Assembly (NCBI GenBank): GCA_963840205.1
Contig: CAWIXZ010000014.1
Coordinates: 3,039-67,038 of the forward strand
Source: an uncultured Chloroflexia bacterium
GTDB taxonomy: Bacteria; Chloroflexota; Limnocylindria; QHBO01
Direction of reading: 5' to 3'
DNA length: 64,000 nt
The notes under the pieces were generated by a model. That model ran no database searches. It was not told the origin of the DNA and worked only from the letters and a program-made list of their open reading frames with translations. Every line of letters starts with the position of its first letter. The first letter of the stretch is position 1. This document shows positions 17,884 to 25,543 of this stretch, one piece after another. A program made the position numbers and the translations under genes.

Positions 17884-19880
17884 CTACTGCACCACCAGCG
17901 GGGTCGGCCGGGCGTACAGGTAGCCCTGCCCGAGCGCGACGCCGAGCTCGAACAACGTGTCGTGCTCGCCCTCGGTCTCAACGCCCTCCGCGATGAGCTC
18001 GCATCCCGCGGTTCGCGCGAACTGGACCATCCCCGCGACCACGGCGCGGCGGGCGCTGTCAGCGTCGACCCCCGAGATGAGCGCCCGATCGAGCTTCACG
18101 TACTGCGGGCGCAGCTCGATCACGTGGCGAAGGCTGGCGAATCCCGCGCCCGCATCGTCGATCGCGAGGCCGACGAGCGTGGGGAGCTCGCGCAGCGCCT
18201 GGCGAATCGCCTCGTAATCGTCGATCTGGCGGTGCTCCGTCACTTCCAGGACGATCGGATGGCGTATCGGCTCCAGCAGGCCGGCGAGGATCTTGCCCTC
18301 GAGGATCATGGCGGGGGAGACGTTCAGGTTGACGGTCGAGCCCACGGGAATCAGGTCGAGCGGGCTGAGAGCTCGCTTGAGCGTCTCGGCCTCGAGACGG
18401 AGGCCCATGCCCACCGACTCGGCCTCGACGAAGCGCCGATCCGGTGGAGTGCCGTCCTCAAACCGGGTGAGAGCCTCGAACCCCAGGACGGAGCGGTCCG
18501 CGAGGCGGACGATCGGCTGGTAGACCGATGAGAAGGACTCCTGCTCCACGATGGTATGGAGCTCTTCTCGAACGACGTCCGCCAGCCGCCGGGTGGACAG
18601 CGCGGGGCCGATGAGGGCCACCGTCAGGGCCGCGAACTCCACGAACGTCGACATCCGCCGCTCGAGGGCCTCCCGCCCGCCCGTCTGCCGGCTTCCCAAC
18701 GCGAGCAGTCCCAGCGGCGTCTCGCCGTGCCGCAGTGGCGCATAGGCGGTCGCGCGCAGGCCGGCGGCCTCCATTGCGAGCCCATAGCGGCCATCGGCGG
18801 CGCGGGGCACCCATCGCTCGACCCACGGGCCCTTGTCGGCCTGCTCGCGGAGGTACACGCTCCGGGGAGGTGGCAGCGCTCGGCCCGTCTCGATCGGCAG
18901 CCCCGGGCCGGCGAGCGACAGGAAGTAGGTCACGATTCCCGGCCCGAAGGCGATGATGCCCGCGTCGTCGACGCCGTCGAGCCTGGACACGGCGGCCGCG
19001 ATCTGCTGCGCCACGCCATCGAGGCCGGCCGACATCTCGAGCCGTCCGAGCGCCGCGGTGACGGACGCGCGGTCCCGCGCCTCTGTCGCGCCGGCCTCCA
19101 GCAGCTTCTCGTGGGTCACGTCCCGCGAAACGCCAGTGGCCCCGATGATCCGGCCCTCTCGCGTCACGCAGCGGCCCGAGCGATGTGACGAAAGGTCTGC
19201 TGCCCGAGCCGCACGTCGACCGACTGGACCTTGCCCCGCAGCGCGAGCATGAGGTGCCGCCGGTAGCGCGGCGCGTCGGGGTGCACCTCCGCCGGCGTGA
19301 GCCCGATGAGTTGCTCGGGCGCCACACCCAGGGATCGCAAGCCGGCACCCTCGAGGAACGTGAGCCGTCCCTCGCTGTCGGTGGCCCACAGGATCACCGG
19401 GACATGCGAGATGACGGCTTCGAGCCGCTCTCGGCTGGTGCGCAGCTCCTGCTGCATCGCGATCTCGGCGCTGACGTCCCGCCCGACGCCCTCGATCGCC
19501 GCGACGTTTCCGGCGCGATCCAGGATCGCGATCGTTCGGTCCTCGACGTCCGCGTACGTGCCGTCGCTGCGCCGCCAGCGCCGGATCGTCGGCGCTCCCC
19601 AGGTCGCCCCCTGGGACACCGCGATCGCCGGCAGGTCCTCTTCATCCAGAAGCTTGAGGACGAGGTCGGGGTCCCCGTAGAAGTCCTCCGGCGCATAGCC
19701 GAGGGCCTCGATCACTGCCGGGTTGACGTACTCCATCTCGGGAGTTGGCAGGAGCCGGTATCGAAACAGGATCGCCGGTGCACGCTCGGTGAGGCTCCGG
19801 AAGTCGACGGCTGACCGTCCGGATGTCGGCTTGCGTGTCCTGGGGGTCTTCGGTTCTCGATTGGGACCCCGCAGGGGCAC
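17884..19880 (-). pseudogene. PAS-PAS-GAF-EAL cyclic-di-GMP phosphodiesterase, frame-shifted as given
   Basis: ORF 19164..19880 holds two PAS-like modules. ORF 17884..19389 holds ..GRIIGATGVSRDVTHEK, a GAF-like region and the EAL domain (EALTRF, NLNVSP, EVTE, DDAGAG, KLD, EGVE, QGY). The two are one gene split at 19150-19200. Confidence 0.8.
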
Positions 19881-19925
19881 GAAGCTCGGTCCTCGACTTG
19901 GGCTCTCGACCGTCGCATCATAGTC

Positions 19926-19964
19926 GAGACGATACTCGGCGTCTTACGGGAGACAACTCGTCTC
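19926..19964. promoter_or_regulatory. two short palindromes sharing GAGAC/GTCTC half-sites (candidate operator)
   Basis: AGACG-N8-CGTCT (19927-19944) and GAGAC-N5-GTCTC (19950-19964). They lie in the AT-richer divergent intergenic region between the EAL gene and the MEDS/TetR gene. Confidence 0.25.
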
Positions 19965-20044
19965 TATTCAGAACATTGTTTCGGCCATACCATCCCCCGG
20001 GCACCTTCGTTTTCGACCGTCCCCGGGGGAGGGAGACTCGGCGC

Positions 20045-21202
20045 ATGCGCTCGGAGAGACGCTCGGTTCGCCTGGCAGGACAGGAGCTCGGTGAGCATCG
20101 CCATGTCGTGGCGCTCGTGGAGGGCCCGGCGGAAGCCGATGAGCTCCTGCTGCCCTTCATCGCCGAGGGACTCCAGCGAGGCGACCGCGTTGTCAACATC
20201 CTCGATCCCGAGGTGCGCGACGCGCACCTCCGGCGTCTGAAGGCGGCCGGAGTGGACGTGCGGGCTGCGACGGCATCGGGACAGCTCGACGTGCGGACCT
20301 GGGATCAGGCCTACCTGCGCGGCGGCCGGTTCGATCGCTCCGCCCAGCTGGAGTACGTGCGGCAGGCCAGCCAGGAGGGGCAGGAGCTGGGCTACCCGAT
20401 GACGCGAGCCATCGGGAGCGCCGAGTGGGCGAGCGACCCCACGACAGTGCGCGACCTCCTGCACTACGAGCTGCGGCTCGAGGCCATTCTCCGCAGGCTG
20501 CCCGACGTCAACGTCTGCACGTATGACCTCAACCACCACAGCGCGCGCACGATCGCCGAGATCCTCGCCATCCACCCCGTCGCGGTCGTCGGGGGCGTCC
20601 TCCAGATGACCCCGGGCGCGGCGCGCGCGGCGCCCCGGGATCGGCTCCTCGCCGCGGCCGCACAGCTGTTCCACGAGTCGGGGATCCAGGCGACCGGGGT
20701 CGACTCCCTCATCGAGGCGGCGGGCGTCGCCAAGGCGACGTTCTACCGGCACTATCCCTCCAAGGACGACCTCGTCGTCGCCTGGCTGAAGGACGAGCGA
20801 ACGAACTGGTTCAGGGGCGTGCGTGTGGTCGCCGAGGAGCGAGCGTCGTCGCCGGCGGAGGTCATCCCGTTGCTGTTCGAGGCCGCCGCGGAGTGGTTCG
20901 AGGCCGAAGGCTCGCGCGGCTGCCCCTACCTGAACGCAGCCGTCGAGATCACCGACCCGGATCATCCCGCCCTGGGTGTCGTTCGCGGCTTCCTCGATCA
21001 CGTTCGGGAGCAGCTCACCTCGGTCGTGGTGGCCGCCGGCCTGCCCGAGCCGGAAGCGATCGGCTTTCAGCTGCAGATCCTCCTCGCGGGCGCCCTCTCC
21101 CAGGCAGTCGCCTGTCACTCGACGGAACCGTTCCGCTTCGCGCAGCAGGCAGCCACGCGGCTCGTCGAGTCAGGTCAGCGGGCGGGGAATCCGAGAGCGT
21201 AA
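20045..21202 (+). CDS. MEDS sensory domain fused to a TetR-family regulator (as given; possibly two genes)
   Basis: The MEDS-like N-half shows HVVALVEGPAEADELLLPFIAEGLQRGDRVV, AIGSAEWA and VCTYDL. The TetR HTH follows: RDRLLAAAAQLFHESGIQATGVDSLIEAAGVAKATFYRHYPSKDDLV, plus a ligand domain. Confidence 0.75.
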   Translation: MRSERRSVRLAGQELGEHRHVVALVEGPAEADELLLPFIAEGLQRGDRVVNILDPEVRDAHLRRLKAAGVDVRAATASGQLDVRTWDQAYLRGGRFDRSAQLEYVRQASQEGQELGYPMTRAIGSAEWASDPTTVRDLLHYELRLEAILRRLPDVNVCTYDLNHHSARTIAEILAIHPVAVVGGVLQMTPGAARAAPRDRLLAAAAQLFHESGIQATGVDSLIEAAGVAKATFYRHYPSKDDLVVAWLKDERTNWFRGVRVVAEERASSPAEVIPLLFEAAAEWFEAEGSRGCPYLNAAVEITDPDHPALGVVRGFLDHVREQLTSVVVAAGLPEPEAIGFQLQILLAGALSQAVACHSTEPFRFAQQAATRLVESGQRAGNPRA

Positions 21203-21233
21203 TTCGGCGCGGAACGGATCGGCCAGGTCGCCC

Positions 21234-21533
21234 TCAGTAGGTGTGGCGGCGGGCCATCTCGCGCTCCATCATGCGCTCCATCACCATGTACTTGGTGATG
21301 CGGCGCCGGAGCTCGTTCGCCTCGGGCGTGTAGAGGTGGACGTACTGCTGGAGCTCGAGGCTCAGCTTGCGGCTGAACATCCGCGCGTGGTCGAGGTTTC
21401 GGCGCAGCAGCACCTGGTCCATGCGCCGAAGGTGCTCTTCGTTGAGCAGATCCTCGTCCCGCAGCAGCTCGCGGTCGACGTCCATCTGCGAACGCTGCAG
21501 CTCGACCCGGGTGATGATCGGTTCCTCGGCCAT
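21234..21533 (-). CDS. hypothetical highly charged helical protein (99 aa)
   Basis: Intact ORF 12 nt downstream of the receiver gene on the same strand. No family recognised. Confidence 0.5.
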   Translation of the reverse strand: MAEEPIITRVELQRSQMDVDRELLRDEDLLNEEHLRRMDQVLLRRNLDHARMFSRKLSLELQQYVHLYTPEANELRRRITKYMVMERMMEREMARRHTY

Positions 21534-21545
21534 GTGGCGGGCAGT

Positions 21546-21953
21546 CTAGCCGACGGCTGCCTCTGGCTGGCCGATCAGCTCCTCGACCAGCGACGTCATC
21601 TCCTCGATGCCGAACGGCTTGGACATGAGATGCACGTTGCCGATGCGCTCGAGCTCGGCGGCGCGGGTACGCAGGCCGTTCACGTCGGCGGAGCAGACGA
21701 TGATCGGGACGCCCGACAGGCGCCGATCCGCGCGCGCCAGCGTCACGATCTCCCAGCCCGATGCGCCACCCAGCAGCAGGTCGATGATGATGAGATCGGG
21801 GTCCGATCCGGCGAGCTGGTCGATGGATGTGTCCTCGCCGGAGAACACGCTGACCTCGTACCCGGCGTCCTCGTCGAGGATCGCCTGCATGAGCTCCAGG
21901 AAGTCGGCGTTGTCGTTCAGGACGCTGATGCGTCGGCGACGTACGGCGGCCAT
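21546..21953 (-). CDS. single-domain response regulator (CheY-like receiver)
   Basis: ATG 21953 follows GGAGGGAG. Motifs are DLIIIDLLLGG (phospho-Asp), IIVCSAD and LMSKPF (Lys). There is no output domain. Confidence 0.8.
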   Translation of the reverse strand: MAAVRRRRISVLNDNADFLELMQAILDEDAGYEVSVFSGEDTSIDQLAGSDPDLIIIDLLLGGASGWEIVTLARADRRLSGVPIIVCSADVNGLRTRAAELERIGNVHLMSKPFGIEEMTSLVEELIGQPEAAVG

Positions 21954-22074
21954 GGCTCGGTCTCCCTCCGGTGACGATCGTGCTCGGCGACCCTCAGTCA
22001 ACGAGTATAGACCGGCCGCGCCAGCACGCGCCGAGCACCGCGAACGCTCCCGGTATCCTTGTGCGGCACCTCGG

Positions 22075-22150
22075 GTCCCCGTAGCTCAGAGGACAGAGCA
22101 ACCGCCTTCTAAGCGGTCGGTCGCAGGTTCGAATCCTGCCGGGGACGCCA
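22075..22150 (+). tRNA. tRNA-Arg (anticodon TCT)
   Basis: Cloverleaf read by eye. Acceptor GTCCCCG/CGGGGAC, D-arm GCTC..GAGC and anticodon stem ACCGC/GCGGT with loop CTTCTAA. T-arm is GCAGG-TTCGAAT-CCTGC, with discriminator G and an encoded CCA. Confidence 0.9.
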
Positions 22151-22218
22151 TCTTCCACCGATGCGTCCACCCCGTGAGCCTCACGCTGCTGCACTGTCGC
22201 AACATGTAGCATTAGGCC

Positions 22219-23196
22219 GTGATCGACGTGCTCGCCGCTGCTGCCACCACCCCTGCGGGAATCGGCGTGCTCGTCACGGGTCTGCTGCTCGGCATCCGCC
22301 ACGGCATCGACTGGGACCACATCGCGGCGATCACCGACATCACGAGCACGACGTCCACCGCGACCGCCGCGGAAGAGGCGCACCTCCGGGCGCACGCGGG
22401 GCTCAGCGGGCACGAGCACCCGCACGGCGGCGTCTCAGAGATTGCGGCGCACACGCGGGCTGCCGGCGACGGGCCGGGCGCAATGCTCGCGACTCCCGAT
22501 CGGCGTTCAGGGGGCGTCTTCGAGATGCTTCGCGTCGACCGTCAGCCGGTCCTGCTCGGGACCCTCTACGCACTGGGGCACGCGCTGGTGGTGACGGTGC
22601 TCGGCCTCGCGGCCCTGCTGGTCGGCGCGGCGCTGCCCGACTGGATCGACCCGATCATGGGACGCATCGTCGGCGTGACGCTCGTGCTCCTCGGGGTCTA
22701 CGTCTTCATCTCGCTCTACCAGTACGTGCGCCACGGCGCGGAGTTCAGGCTTCGGAGCCGATGGATGCTCGTCTTCGACGGCACGCGGCTCGCCTGGCGG
22801 CGATTCCAGGCCGCCATCCACGGGCACGATCACGTCGATCCGGTCGAGGCGACGTCGTACGGGCCGCGCACCGCCTTCGGGGTGGGGATGATCCACGGCA
22901 TCGGCGCGGAGACGGCGTCGCAGGCGCTGCTCATCGCCGCCGTGGGCGGCGCATCCGGAGCGGGCCTGGGGGTGCCGATGCTGCTCGCGTTCGTCATCGG
23001 CCTGGTCATCTCGAATACCGCGATCGTGATCATCACCGCCACCGGCTTCCTCGCCAGCCAGGTGCGGACGCGGATCTACCTGGTGGTGGGGGTCCTGGCC
23101 GGTGCCTTCAGCCTGTGGATCGGCCTGCTGTTCCTCTTCCAGGCGGAGGGCGCACTGCCGAACCTGGACGAGCTCTTCAGGTTCATCGGTGGCTGA
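22219..23196 (+). CDS. nickel/cobalt transporter (NiCoT-like)
   Basis: Multi-TM profile. RHGIDWDHIAAITD is the HX4DH signature of NiCoT TM2. A His-rich loop HLRAHAGLSGHEHPHGG is present, and the second half carries GMIHGIGAETASQ. Confidence 0.65.
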   Translation: MIDVLAAAATTPAGIGVLVTGLLLGIRHGIDWDHIAAITDITSTTSTATAAEEAHLRAHAGLSGHEHPHGGVSEIAAHTRAAGDGPGAMLATPDRRSGGVFEMLRVDRQPVLLGTLYALGHALVVTVLGLAALLVGAALPDWIDPIMGRIVGVTLVLLGVYVFISLYQYVRHGAEFRLRSRWMLVFDGTRLAWRRFQAAIHGHDHVDPVEATSYGPRTAFGVGMIHGIGAETASQALLIAAVGGASGAGLGVPMLLAFVIGLVISNTAIVIITATGFLASQVRTRIYLVVGVLAGAFSLWIGLLFLFQAEGALPNLDELFRFIGG

Positions 23197-23200
23197 GCCG

Positions 23201-23681
23201 ATGCTTCCGGAGCCCTGGCAGTCGGCCATCGGTGAGCTCCGCAGGCGCGGTCTGCGCTCCACGCCGCGGAGGCGACTGGTGATGGAGGTGCTGTCGGAGT
23301 CGAGCGGGCACGTGACCGGTGCCGAGATCGTCGAGCGTTGCCGTCAGCGCGACAGCGCGACGGTGCCATCGACGGTGTACCGGACGCTCGACGTGCTCGA
23401 GGAGCTCGGCCTCGTCCGTCACGGCCACGGGGCCGACGGCCGGGAGGAGTACCACGTGCGTCCGACGAACGAGCATGGCCACCTGCATTGCGAGGCGTGC
23501 GGTGGGCGTTGGGAGCTCCCGACGAACGAGGTGGCGGAGTTCGTGGCGCACATCGAGCGACATCGGGGCTTCAGCGTCGACCTCTCGCACCTGACCCTGG
23601 TCGGGCCGCTGTCCGGACTGCGCCGGCCTGAGGTCAGGTCAGATCGCGGCGATCCGGCGCGGTGCCATCCGAGGCCCGTAG
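23201..23681 (+). pseudogene. Fur-family metalloregulator (Nur/Fur-like), C-terminal CxxC out of frame as given
   Basis: The winged helix is LRSTPRRRLVMEVLSES..HVTGAEIV, with metal ligands HGH and HLHCEACG. Removing one G of GGG 23603-23605 restores ..LTLVGRCPDCAG.. with a stop at 23679-23681. Confidence 0.75.
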
Positions 23682-24547
23682 CGCGGAGCGGCCACGCGGC
23701 CGACCTCCAGCAGGCGCTGGACCCTGGCGCGCTGGCCGCGGTACGGCTCCAGGAGCTCGAGCATGCGTGCGTCGTCGGCACGCGCCTCGCCGGCGAGCGC
23801 CCAGGCGACCGTATCGGGCAGGTGGTAGTCGCCCACGCTGATCGCGTCCGGGTCGCCGAACGCGGAGCGCAGCACCTCTGCCGCGGTCCATGCCCCGACG
23901 CCGGGGAGCGAGCGCAGCCGCCGCGTCGGCCTCGGCGGCGCTCCGCGAGGCCTCCAGCCATGCCGCGCGCCGGGCCGCGTAGCGAATGACCTCGGCCCGG
24001 CGCCGCTCCAGCCCGAGCGGGTGGAACGCGTAGTACGGCATGGAGGCCAGGGTCGCCGGCGACGGCGGCAGGAGCAGGCCTCCCGGACCGGGCGCAGCCT
24101 CCGACACGCGGCGCAGCAGGGCGGCGTAGCAGCGGTAGGCCTCGGTGCTCACGATCTTCTGCTCGATGATCGACGGCACCAGCGCGTCGAAGAGCCGCCC
24201 ACTGCGCGGGAGGCGCATGCCCGCGTGCCGCCGCTGGAGGTCGCGGACGACCGGGTGCTGCGCCACGAGACGCTCGGGCTCGTCCTGCTCGCCGACGAGC
24301 GACGTGGCCCTGGTCGAGCGCCTCGGGCGCCCCGTCGCCCCACGCCTGCGCCTCGAGCGTCGAGCCACCGACCACCCGCAGGCGCAGCGTGGCGGGGCCG
24401 GCTGTCGTCCGAAACGCGATCCAGGCCTCGGCACGCGACGAGGCGGATGGTGCGGTCGCCGGCTCCGTGGCGCAGCGGCCCGAGGGTGGAGGCGAGATCG
24501 AGCGGGCCGCGGAGCGGAACGCGCCGCTCGGCGGCGGCCCCGATCAC
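23639..24547 (-). pseudogene. HhH-GPD DNA glycosylase (AlkA-like), three frame changes as given
   Basis: Four collinear pieces in three frames:
- RRVPLRGPLDLASTLGPLRHGAGDRTIRL
- AEAWIAFRTTAGPATLRLRVVGGSTLEAQAWGDGAPEALDQ
- SLVGEQDEPERLVAQHPVV..RLFDALVPSIIEQKIV..
- LRSLPGVGAWTAAEVLRSAFGDPDAISVGDYHLP
GTG 24547 overlaps the upstream stop (GTGA). Confidence 0.7.
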
Positions 24548-25543
24548 CGACGGACGGAGAGGAGGATCGGCCTCGCTCCCGACTGCGTCCCCTCGAACTC
24601 GGCCCGGCTGCGCAGGCCGGCGTAGCCCTCCGACACGATGATCTGCGCGCACGCCGCACCGAGGGTCGCACCCGGCCCGGGGAGGAGCACGACGTCCGGC
24701 GCGTACTCGCGAAGCGCGACGCGGAAGCTGGTGGCGAAGTCATACGTGCTGCGAGGGTGCTCGTGCAGCGTGTACTCGGCGAGGGCCTCGGGATCGGCCG
24801 CCCACGGCGTGAAGCGGACGCCGCGGCCGTCGACGAGGGTCACGCTCGGACGCTGCCAGGCGAGGTCCGCCAGCCGCGCCGCGGCGGCCTCGGCGGCGTC
24901 GGCACGCAGCGGCGTGTGCCATGCATCTCCCATCGCGAGGCGGACGGGATACGCCCGATCGGCGACGGTCACGGGCGGAAGCTGGGCCGCGAGCTGACCG
25001 ATGCCCGCGCGAGTTCCGGCGACCACCGCGAACGGCCCGAGCTCCTGGGCGCGGTGCGCGTCGCCGTTGAGCCCGGCGAACGCGGCGGTGAGGGCGCTCG
25101 CGGACGCGGGATCCGGGCGCCAGGCCTCATCGCTGAGTGGATAGATGAGCTCCGCGACGCCTCCGGGAAGGTCGGCATCGGCGCCGAGGGCCATCTCCTG
25201 CACGAGCCGGAAGGCCTCGTCGAAGTCGAGCGCCCCGGAGGCCGCCAGCGCGGTGTACCAGCCGGTCGAGCTCGCGACGACGACGACGACCTCGTGATCC
25301 CCGGCGATGCGCTCGGCGTCGAGGAGGCTCGAGATGAGGGTGAGCGGCGAGGCGTTGATCGGCCGGAGGTGGACGGCCGGGTCGAAGGTCTCGGCGCCGA
25401 TCGATCTCCGACAGCGGCTGCAGGCCGAAGCCGCGGCGCAGCTCGTCGGCGCGTCGTACCCAGTCGTGGGTCACCGGCAGCGAGCCGAGGGACGCAGGGG
25501 TGTAGGACCCCCGACCGGGGAAGACGACGGCGGCCCGGGTCAC
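24544..25543 (-). pseudogene. malonyl-CoA:ACP transacylase-fold acyltransferase (FabD-like), frame-shifted as given
   Basis: The N-terminus FPGRGSYTPASLG and the nucleophile-elbow-like VVVVASSTGWYTALAASG fit the fold. GTG 25543 overlaps the E1 stop (GTGA). The frame changes near 25392-25398. Confidence 0.65.

Noticed and set aside
22075-23200. tRNA-Arg as the integration site of a genomic island
   Set aside because: I noticed no integrase, no phage or plasmid genes, and no repeat of the tRNA 3' end downstream. The flanking genes look like ordinary chromosome. A computational repeat search was not possible.
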